From IMG/VR virus record IMGVR_UViG_3300027763_000038, positions 32,001 through 96,000 of that record: a stretch of DNA of 64,000 nucleotides; one strand, 5' to 3'. The notes under the pieces are model-generated. The model did not search any database and was not told where the DNA came from. It worked only from the letters and a program-made list of their open reading frames with translations. The position numbers and the translations under genes were made by a program. Shown one piece after another: positions 33,601 to 45,600 of this stretch; position 1 is the first letter of the stretch; each line of letters starts with the position of its first letter. Origin of the DNA: a virus.

Positions 33601-36600
33601 GGTTTTGGTGGAACGGCAACTGCTGGTGCTTGCTCTGGAGGATTTAATAATTGATTTCCCTGATTTATTCCAGCCTCAATATTTGAAATTTGACTTTCTA
33701 ATGATCTAACTTGAGTCTTAAATGCTTTTATCTGAGCTTCTTCAACCCTAATTTGTTGGAATAGAAGGGTTTGTTCTAAGGATTTTCTGAGTGCTGGAGT
33801 TACTCCTTGTACATGATCTAAATTTCCATTCTCTAATGCTCTATATAGCATATCTACTTCTTTTGTATTACCAAAATTTCTACCAGTATTAATAGTTCCG
33901 CCAGGACCCATAATCATATGGGCGTCGCTATTTCCTCCTCTGATTTGTTGATCTAGTCTACTAATCCCTTCAGGATCTTTAGCAAATTTTTGAATATCTT
34001 CTAGAGTTAATTTTCCATCTTGTTTTATACCATTAACTATCAAGCCCCTCGATTGTCTAGCTATTAATTCTTCTGGAGTTTTAGCTAAAGGTTCAAGAAT
34101 TGCTGATTTTATATAGGCCAAAAATTCATCAGATTGTACTGTTGACTGAGTGACTTGTTTTCCTGTGGCTCTAGCAAAATCTTTTAATAAAAGATCTGTA
34201 TTTACTTTGTCTCTGGTAAGAGTATATTTTGTATCTCTAAAAGAAAGCTTACTACCAAAAGTCTCTCTTCCATCATGAATACCTTCCAATAAGTCTTTTT
34301 CTTTATTATCTCCCAAAAGAGCCTTTCTCCTGTCAGTAGCTTCTTTGATCTTTTGGTTTATTGTTGTTACTTCTGACTGAACTTGAGCTTTTCGTTTGGT
34401 TAGCTCTGCAACTTTTTGTTGTACCGCAGTATTTGTTGCGGATTTGGGTTTTGGAGGCAATGTTCTGGCGGCAGATTTTTGACCTTTACCTCTTGCTCCT
34501 CCTTTTGACCTAGCTGCGCCCGCAACAGCAGTAAACATACCCCAAGCTGCGCCAGCTCTTTGATATAGTGACTCACCCATTAAACCTGGTCCTGGTGGTG
34601 GGCCATAAGCACTAATTTCTCCTTCTGGAGTATGCCACTGTCTCCCACTGTTGTCCGTAGTTATTTTTGCTTGTTGTGTTTGTAATTTTGCCTGTTGATT
34701 AGCAAAGTCTAATTCTCCTTGGGTTGGAGTCATTTCTGGCATATAGTTCTGATTTTGTTGGACCAATCTTGGGTCCATTAATCGTGATCCTGGAACTAGC
34801 ATACCGTCTTGAGCATAGATAAGTCCACCCATACTACGATATTCTAGATTAGGATCAGCTCTAAGCAATTTAGCTTTATTTTCATACATATTCAATCGTT
34901 TGATCGGATCTTTTACTTTATTAAGGTCTGCTTGTGTCTGTTTACCTAATCTAATCTTAGGAAATTGAAATTCTCTTATAATAGCATCTATTTTTTCTTG
35001 AGGAGTTTGTGGTTTTGCAGCAGGGGCGGGGCCACCAGCGGGTACAGGAGCACGAGCACGACCAGGATCGCCAGCAGGAATACCATTAACAACTGTTGCA
35101 TCAGCAGTTGCTGCTTTTACTGTTTCTGGGTCTAATTTATGTCTAGCTTCTGCGGCTGTATTGTATTTATGAATTCCTCCGCTAAAAAGAGTAGCACCAG
35201 CTACACCACCACCCAACAATAAAGCTCCTGATTTTAAACGACCAGCAATGTTTTTTGTTATAGTAGAAAAAATACCTCCTTTGGCTCCTGATATATCATC
35301 GACAACTTTCGCTGCATCACCCAAGTCTCCTTGAATAGCAAGTGTTTTAATACTATCTATCATTTTTGCAAATGCTGACGTTGCACCTGTTGTATTCTTT
35401 GCAATATCAAATTGTTTTGTTATATCAGCGGCAGATGATAAGTCTAAACCTCCATTCTTTATCTTCGTTTGAAGTTCCGATAGAGCTTTTAATTCATCGG
35501 TATTTAATCCTGCTGGCATGTTTTTTGCTGTTTGAGTTTTAATAGCATCTAATACTGCATCTGACTTTAATGGTTTAAATTTCTTTAATGTTGCAAATAG
35601 TCCCACACCGGCCATAGCTGCTGTTGCTGCTTTTGCTGCTGTTGCTGCTTTTACTCCTGCTGCTATTTTAGCAGCTCCTGCTACTTGTCCAACGCCCTCA
35701 ACAGTACTTGCCAATGATAAACCAGCACCTGTCAAATCTCCTCTCATTACGTCAACAACAGCAGCAGCAACATCAAAAGGTATGCCAACACCAGGAGTTA
35801 AGCCTAACATACTATATTTTAAACTTAGATCATCTAATGACATTTCTTGCTCTGGAACAATATCATCTCCTGTTCCTAATAGTCCATCTCTACCAGATAC
35901 AAAAAGTATTTCTTTATTTCTCTTTTTAATAGTTTCATAATAAGAGATTATTTTTTTTGAAGCTAAGAACCTTGTGTCTTTATCCATTTCTGGAGATGAT
36001 TTACTGGTAACTAAATTGTTTATATCTTCCTGTAATGATTGTTCAAAAAGCTCCATATCCTTTTGATACTGTTGAAGCATTTTAGACTGAGCTTCTTGTT
36101 TGGCTTTTTGCTGTAATTTGATATTTGTATTATAATCTACTGTTTTAAACTCATTTCCACTTATTACTGTGGGTATAGAGACTCCTCCATTAACCGATAA
36201 TGAAGGAACTTGAGTTCCGTCCTGAGCATAAATCACACCACCTTTACTTAATGCTTTAGGATTACCACCTTGATTAATAGCCTTTAATAATGGCAAATTC
36301 TCTTGGGTGGCTTTTCTATTGATTACAAACTCTCCCGGAGTAAGCATCGCAGGAACAGTATCTGTGCCTCTTGGCTGGAACTGGATCATTTGTCCACCAT
36401 TAGCAGCATAAACCATGCCACCAGTCTGTAATCCTTGAGCAACTCTTGCTCTAAACCAATTAGGAGAAGGCAACCGGCCAAACTTAGAACCCAAGCCCAA
36501 AGTTACTTGAGCATCATTAGCTTCTTGATAAATATCAGTAAAACTATTATCAGATGCGCTATCAAAAAATGCTGGAATTCTAGCTTCTGGTTTTAATTTT

Positions 36601-39600
36601 TTATCAAACAAATAGTCTTGACCTAACCATTTGTCGCCATCTCCATGATACCATTTTTCTAAAGATTGTACATTTTTAGAAATAAAAGCCATGGTATTTC
36701 TATCAAAATATGGAATACCAATACCTTCTTTAAAATTTGACAAATCATTGACGAGTTTATCCATCAAAACAAATCTTGTATCACTATCATCAAATTCAGT
36801 ATATGGATTAAATACTAAATCTATTAGTTCTTGCAAAGTGGTTGGTAGATTGTCTTCGGATAGTTCTTTTTGTTTTCCTAATGAATTTATTCCAACTTTT
36901 CTGCTTTTTCCCTTGGCTGTATTAGCAAGTAAATTTTTCCAATCATCATTAAGGGCTAGTCCTGTAATTCTTCTCATTAATGTTCCAGCACCAAGACTAC
37001 GAAATAGATCTATTAATTTTAAATCACTAGCCACAAATTGTCCAAATAATGAACTATTGCCATTAGCAAGACCAGAAAAAGCCTGAGATGCTCCAGAAGC
37101 TAGTGTCCATAGTTCTTTGAGTCCTTGATATTGATTAGGATTATTTGATTTTGTACCAATATTACTTAAATATGCTCCAAACTGTTCCATAACTCCAGAA
37201 GCATAAGCTGCCATATTTTTGGCACCGCTTGGTTTCAAATTAACCATATTAGGAATTTTACCAATATATCTTGATAACCAACTATTGCTTAAACCTGGAA
37301 CTTTTGCTCTACCAAATATGCTTAATGCTCCCTTAGCTGTTGCTCTAACAGCTTTTGGAAGATCCGCATCACCTACTCCTTGGTTACCTAAAGCTTTTCC
37401 TTCTATCTGGTCAGAACCTTCTGCTGCTTGTATTTTTGCCGCGTCTAGTGCTTCTAGTATATGTTTGCCAACATTAAATGTTGTTATTGAATCCCTATCA
37501 AATGGTGTTATAAGAGTATCTACGTCTGGGAAAGTCATATCTTGACTTTTTATAAAAGATCCCTTGAATTTAGAGCTTAATGAATCTAATAGTTTTTGTC
37601 TTTCTCCATTATCTTTTCCGCCATTAACAATTAATTTGATATAATCTGTCAAATTTGTAGTAACATTTCCAACATTAGACCCATCTGCTATAGATTGTAA
37701 TAATTCTTGTCCTGTAAATCTGTTTACTCCGTTCGTCGTAATTCTTCGTTTACTAATATCTAAAGATTCAAAAAAGGTTTTATCATTTTTTGCTGGTAAC
37801 AGGTATTTACTAATATGGGGATTAAATTCATTAGTGTCTGGCTTAAATAGTTTACCTTCCCATTCGTCATAAGAAACTTTAAAGTCTAAATTTTGACCAT
37901 TAAGACTAAGTGTATCTTTAAATTGTTTTTGAATATTAAAGGAGTTTAATAGATCATTTACAGGTATCGATAAGGTTTCGGGTGGTAATCTTTTCATAGA
38001 AATTCCACCAGGATTTTTAGCAGTCAATTCTTTTTCTATTTTTTTTCTTAAATCAGCATCAAGATCTTCTAAAGATGCATTAACAATATATGGAAATGGT
38101 TTAGCAGGAAGATCCATAGCCCCAGCTTTATCTACAGAAAAAATATTAATTGGAACATCTTTTACAAAGTCTCCAATAGCGGGCTTCTTTAAATTCTTTC
38201 CACTAAATACTATATTCTTGTCTTTGGCTGCTATTGGATTAGCAGCATATTCCATTATGAGCTTATTTATAGCTTCTGTAGCTGAGTCTTGTAGAATCAT
38301 TAAAGAACCAGCATTTTCAACTCCTTTTATAGTAGGAAAATATTTTTCAATTAAAGTTTTACCTTTAATAATTTCTCCAATAGAATTGCCATTATAAACT
38401 TTAGATAATTGTGCTTGAATTTCTAGAGCATGTTTAGCATCTTCATCAATAACAGTATCCTCTTTAAATGTTGGAGCATTCAAGAAATCTCTTGTTTTTT
38501 CATATTCTGCATAAGCTTCATCATTTTTAATTTTTAAATCTGCAATTTTATCATGGGAAATAATATTTTTTGTCAAATTATTCATTACTAGATTTCTACC
38601 AACAATACTGCCTTTAGGCTTAAAGTCTAAACCAGCTAATGATGATCCTGGTGCGGCACCTACTGGAGCTTGGAAGAATGGAGGATCTATAGATATTGCA
38701 TTTTCTTTAACTCCACCATTTGTTGCTTCATATATTTGGTACATTCTATTTGTAGCCACGTCCAAAGTTGGCATCCCGCCAGCTTCATCGGGAACAATAA
38801 TACCATATGGATTACTTATTATATTTGAACTAAAAGCATCAGGAATATTTAGTTTAAAATCAGTAATATTTGGCACAGGACCATAATTATTAGGAAGATC
38901 AAACTTTGGTAGTTCCCATTTAATGTTATTTTCTGCTGCTTTTCTTTTATATTCTTCAAAATTTAATTCTTTAATATTTGTAGTCCCAAAAGAACCCTTG
39001 TCTAATGAATTTATATGAAAAAAAGTATCATCTGATTTAATAGCAGAGAATCTGTTTAATAAGGCTTCTTCTGCCGGATCTCTTTGATAATCGACCTCTT
39101 TATTATTTTTTCTTCCTATTATTGGACCAAAACCAGGAACTACTACTCCAGCAGTTGGTTCTAGGTCTTTTAGATCATAATTATCTTTTGTTGGTTCAGG
39201 CGTTTGTTTTCTACTATCAAGAAAAGTATAAACACTAGGAGTATTATATAGTTTATTTTGAGCTTTAAGCAAATCGTTGATAACGTTTGGAGTATTTAGA
39301 TTTAAAAGTTTAATTTGACTTATACTAGAAGACTTAGTAAAATCAGAAGGATCTCCTGCATCATGAACGAAACCTCCACGATCATAATATCTTACAGAAC
39401 CACCAGAACTATATTTATGACTATTAATAGATTCTAATAAAGATCTATTATTTGCAGTTGCTTTTTTATTAACAACAAATTCACCAGGAGTAAGCATGGC
39501 TGGTACAGTATCACTACCCTTTGGCTGAAAATTAACCATTTGGCCAGCTTCAGCATAAATAATACCACCAGCTGCTCTTGCTTGTGGCTTTACTGGTACT

Positions 39601-42600
39601 AAATTATTTATATTAGCTGCTATATCTACCAGTTGTTGGTTAAAAAATGTTAGTGTAACATCTGATAAAGCAGTTGCTAGAGCTTTAGCGTTAGCTTCTG
39701 TTGTATCTTGTGCTAAATGTTGATCAATATTAGCCAAATGTTCATTGGCACTACTTTGTAAAGCTATAGCCTCATTATAATAAGTCATAGCAGCAGCAAC
39801 AGCTGGATCTGCTTGTGGATTTCTCAAATTATTCAAGACATCCATCATCATGGGACTAATACCCATACCAGATTCTTTTAACATACTTTCCAAAACATTG
39901 GCACGAACATTAGATGCTTGTCTACCTTCTCCTAAGAAAGGCATAATATCTTGTAATGCACCGAGAGTTTCTTTTCTTTCATTAGCAAAAGCTGTTTGAG
40001 CCGCTCTCATGGCTTCAAAACCAGATGCTCCACTTTGTAATGCTTCAAAATATGCTTTTTGAGCACCTGTACTACTATTGATAGTATTAATTTGACCATT
40101 AATATTTTTTTGTAATCTATTTAGCGCATTTCCTAAAGAAGCTGCTTCGTCTGGGGTTGCTGTAGCAAGTTTTTCTATGAAAGATACTTTACCAGCATTT
40201 CTTTGTTGAACATCTTGAATTTTTTGCATAGCTTCTGAAGCATTTTCCGTATTATCTGCCAAAAATCTTAAGGCATTATAGCTTTCTCTTAGCGCAATAC
40301 TATTATTTTGTACATCTTTACTGAATTTAGCAAAATCCTCTGCTCCAGCAGCACCTCTTTCTCCTGCTTGTGCTCTGGAACTTTCTGCTATATTTTTTTC
40401 TGTATTTAGTTTAAGAATTTGATTAAATATTTTATCTGGATCTGTTACTCCTCCCGTAAATCTTCCGACTCTTGCTTGTGTTCTTGCTCTTGATTTTTCT
40501 AAATTTATAGATTCACCAAAAACTTTAGATAATTCTACTCCACTATTAATAAGAATATCTTCTGCTTTTCTTAGTTTTTCTCTGCTAGAAATTTCAAGAT
40601 CAATAATTTTATTGATATTAGATGAATATGTATTAAGAGCACTATTAAAATGATCTAAAGCCTTAACTACAATATCTGATACTCCTTTTGCTGTGTCTAA
40701 AGTAGAACTAAGTCCAGCAACCTTTTCCTGTAAATCACCAAAAGATATTTTATCATCACCAGATTTTCTTAGATCAGCAATAGCTTTACCAATCTGACCA
40801 GATAATTTATCAACAAACTCTGGTGGCAAACCAAGATCTTTTAATGCTTTGTTGACATTAGTTGTAATTTTAGAACCAATAATCTCATCATTAGCTTCTG
40901 GATTTTGTTGAACAGTATCATTTATGGTTTTCATTATTGTATTTTCGGCTGTTTCGCCAACTTTTAATAATGACTTAACTAGTCCTGAAGATTGTCCAAA
41001 AAATCCTGCTCCTGTACTTTGTGCTTGTGATACTGATGCCCTGCTATAAGCTCTGGGATTACTGATAATATTTGATGTTTGTGAATTGATATTTTGAAGA
41101 GCAGCAGAGCCTGTCAAAGAGGCAATATTAGCATCTATAGATTTTTGCATACTGTCTAAAGCATTGGAAGTAGCAGATATTGCTTGCTCCATATTTTTAA
41201 ACATTCTATTAAGAGATCCAGTAAAAGCATACGTGGATCTTTGTAAAGCTTGTGCTTCTTTTTCTCTAAGAACAATATTAACTTGTTGTCTCGCTTTTTC
41301 TTCACCAGCATTTTTTATAATACTTTCTTTAATGCTGTTTATCTGGGCATTACCGAGACCACTATTTTCAACTTCTAATATTTTTTGTCTAATAACAGCA
41401 TCAGCATTTGCTAATGATTCAGAAAATTTATCAAAATTAGGATCAGAAGTAATATCTTTAACACTTTCTCCTCTTTTAGCTCTCTCTTTAAAGCTCTCAA
41501 GTAAACTATCTCCTAATGCACGACCCATAGCTGCTTGTTCTTGAGCTAGTTGAGGAATAATCTTATTAAATTCTACATTAGTATCCTCAGCACTATTACT
41601 TGCTCTATAATAGGCTTGACTTCCACCTAGTCTTAAAATATCAGATCTCTGTCTTAAACCTTCTTCTCCTCCAACTCCATTTCCAGTAAAAGTCGCTAAA
41701 GCATCAAAAAGATTAGTAAAAGTATAAAGAGTTCTTGTACTTAAAATATTTATTTGATTTGCAAATGCTGTTGATGCAGCTTCTAGCTTGTTATTGAGTC
41801 TGGTAAAATCCAAATTTTTAACATCTTTGCGTAGTACTTCAAATTCTTGTTCAACACCCTTCATCGCAAACTCTAGTTTTTTACTTTCTACTTCGAGTTT
41901 AAACTCGTTCATAGCATTTGTCATATCTTTAATAACAGAAACAGCAGTAAAAATAAATGATCCCACCATTAATAAGCGACGACCTGCTCTAACAGCATTA
42001 GCTCCCATATCACCGACTTCAGTACCAGCATCTCTTAAGTGTTGTTCAAAGTCCTGCAATTGTGAAATAACACCAATAGCAACACCAGCTGACTGACTAG
42101 CTGTGTTCAAACCAGCAGCAGCAGAAGCTTGACCAGCACTTGCTTTTGTATCCATTTGTTGACTAATCAACGAACCAACAGTAATAATACCGCCAGCCAT
42201 TAATAATCCTCTATTTCCATTATTACGATCTCTTGTTCCTGTATCTCTTGATCCAGCAGACCTAGCAGCTTCTTCTACCGCTTGTCTTCTGGCTCGAACT
42301 TCGGCACTTATAACTTGTTCTACATCTCTTTCTAGTCCAGCTCTTATTCTGGCTGCTCGTGCTAAATTACCATCAAGTCGAGCTTCTTCCGCCATAGCAT
42401 GTCTTCGTTGTCTAATATATTCTTGATTCATTTGATCAAGAGTATCTGCATCTCTCATCAGAGCCATCATGGTTCTTTCAAGATCATCACCAGTAGCTCC
42501 TATGCCAGCTAAATCTACACCTCCACCAACACCAGTAAGAACACCGCTTGCATTAACATTTTCAAAAGCTTGTGTTCGTCTAGCTCCAGCACCAGCCCTA

Positions 42601-45600
42601 ACTTCTGCTTCTACTTCTTCATCTGTTAATGTTCCAGCTGCTGTTGCTGCTGCTCTAGCAGTTACTGTTAATCTTTCAAGCTCTTCGTCCACCATGCTCA
42701 ATGCTTCTTGTATCTGTCTGCCATTAACATTGCCTAGTTGTTGTCTTATTCTAACTTCATTACGAGCTTCTTGCTGAGATTGCTGTAATGCTCTTTGTAG
42801 ATCATATAATACTGTGGCACTAGCTCCAGCTGCTCTGGCCATTAATATATCAGCATTATAAGCTCTTTCTGCTTCTGCTGCTGTGGCCTGATATCCTCTT
42901 CTTAATAATTGACCAGAACGTGATGATGCTACTCCAAGTTCTGATAATACTTCAGCTAGTTCAGAAAGTCTTTGTGCTGTATTTCCACTAACTCCTATAG
43001 TTTCTGTATTGACCGTATTTGGTCGTGCTGCTGGACCAGCCCTACCACCAAAAAATAGTCTTTGTACAGCACCTCCTGTGGCAAATTCTTGGACTCCTCC
43101 TACTAATCCACCACTATTAAATCCAGATACTTTATCTGCATGGTTTAGTCTATTAAGAGTTGGTGTTCCTATTCTACTGGCAGTCTTTTTATTAATAACA
43201 AACTCGCCAGGAGTTAATAGTGCAGGAACAGTGGTGTTTATAGAGCCTCCAGCAGCCTTCCTGTTTAATGAACTTAGTTTATTTGCTCCGATAGTTTGTA
43301 CTGCTTTTTTACGAATAACAAAGTCACCAACATTCAAATTAGCAGGAACCGTGTCTTGACTGCCAACTCCAGGAACTAATCCACCATCGGCGTATCCTCT
43401 AGCTTTAAGATAATTACCAATTTGACCTTTTAGTTCAGCAGGGCCGTTGAGTGTTAGTTTAGCATCAGTGGGGATATTTGGTGGAAGTTTGAAGTATTTA
43501 GAAGCATCCTTAAGACCGTCTGGGAAGTCGATACCATAATTAGTAGCAGCTTTATTAGCAATTGGTCCACCAAGCTGATGTATAATACTTTCAGCTATAT
43601 ATCCATGAGCATTAGCCTCACCCATTTTTTTACGATCAGAAGCCTTGACCTTTTTATTTGCATAATGATAAACATTCATTCCTGCTGCTCTTGCAGCATC
43701 AATATTTCTCTTATCATCATCAATAAAGGCACCTGGGTTAGCCTGCATATATTCAACTTTAAGTTGAGCAATTTTTTCAGCAGTATTATCTGGACCACCA
43801 ACGCCTTCAAGGTTGCGTATTGGAAGATTCTTACTAGCTAACCATTCACCAATCAAACCCATAGTATTTTTTGGTCTGGCAGAAATCACATGTAAATTAT
43901 CAAGTAACTGTGGGGTTTTTCTAACTTGAGCAACAAGAGCTAGTCCTAATTTACTAAGTGTAGCATTTTTTAAAGCATCCCTTACTTTATCTTTATCAGA
44001 AAATTCACTAAATCGTGGTTGTTTTGGATCAGCTAAAATTTTGTCAGCACCAAAAGCTAATGTTCTATCAAAGTCAGAATATATAGGTCCAACTTCTTTC
44101 AAAATCTGCCTGATCTGCATATTTTTAGTTGATTTTGCTGAAACAGCGTTCATTGCTTGAGTCATTCTCTTAATATCTTTTCCAGCAGCTTCTTTATCTA
44201 GAACGCCACTAGTAATTCTAACCTTAACTGGATTTTTTAATCCCGGAATTTCCATTCTATCAGTTGTGGGAAAAGCTCTTCCTTTGAATCCAGCGGCCCC
44301 AAACAAAAGACCATCTGTAGTTGCTTTTTGTATATCAAGATTATTTGCTTTTTTAATACCAGAAGTTTTCTCTGTATATTTTGCTAAAATTTTATCTTTG
44401 ATAACTTGTTCTGATGGAGTTAATGAATTTCTTTTCTTTAATATTCTTTGTATATCACCAGCATTTGATCCAGTGTCTTTAATAACTTCATCTAGAGTAA
44501 GAACTCTGAATATATCTGTAGAAGTAGCAGCTTTACCTGATGTTGGTGTTACAATACCAGCATCAACAAATTTACGAACTGAACCACCACTGTTAAATCC
44601 TGGTACTTTATTTTTTTGTTGCGTTTGTATCCAGCTATAAAACTTATCTTTTTGATTAGCTTCCCAAAAATAATCTAGATTACCTAAGAAAACATTAGGA
44701 TCTTTATCTTTTTTATTATTCTCTTTAAATAATCCATTTTTACTTCCTGCAAATCCAACCTGATTTTTATCAATTCTATATCTCAACATTTTACTAACCA
44801 AATCGATATCTTCAGTATCACTAGTTTTGAACTTAGCCTCACCAATTTTTTGTATAGCCTGATTTTCAGCTTTTTGAATTAGATCAACAGGATAATTAGT
44901 TTTATTACTAGCTGATTCCCAACCCTGTTTTAATTTAGAGATTATTAAAGTTTCATATGCTTTTCCCCAACGATTTTCTGCGCTTCCTAGTTTACCTACC
45001 TCAGTTTCTTTCTCTGACACCGCCCTTTTTCTGTTCTTTTGATTTTTAGAAGATTGGATAATATCATCAAGCTTTGCTCTGTTCTCTCCGCTAACATCGA
45101 CACCAGCATAGCTTTTATATCTTTTAGAGGTTGAGGCTTTTTCTGATGCCATATCCCAAATCTTTTTAAAGTCCGCAGGCTTTAAATCTATTGATCTTGG
45201 GACTATTCTAATTTTTGCTGAGTCCCCAACTGCTTCTATATTAGTTTTTCCAATAGCTTTCTGGATTGTGGATGATCCATCTCTTGTTAGCAATTGATCA
45301 ATAGTATAAGACTGAGTCAATCCACCATTACTAAATTTTTGTATTCTACCACCATTTGCTTTATTAAGCCTATGAAGATTGTGAGCACCAATAGCTTTAA
45401 CAGCACTTTTACGGATAACAAATTCACCAGGAGTTAATCTTGCAGCAATACTATCAGAATCTCCTTGACCGGGTACCAAACCACCAGTAGCAAATCCTGG
45501 GGCATTATTTCTTCTGCCTCCTCCAGTAAAACCTCTACCAAAACCACTAGCAAATTGGGTAATAGCTGAAGCACCTTTAACAGCGGCGAATAGTGTTATG

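Noticed and set aside
30915-45494. TMP repeats as a CRISPR array, inteins or insertion elements
   Set aside because: They are in-frame, synonymously diverged protein repeats with irregular spacing up to kilobases; no intein C...HN motifs, terminal inverted repeats or transposase.
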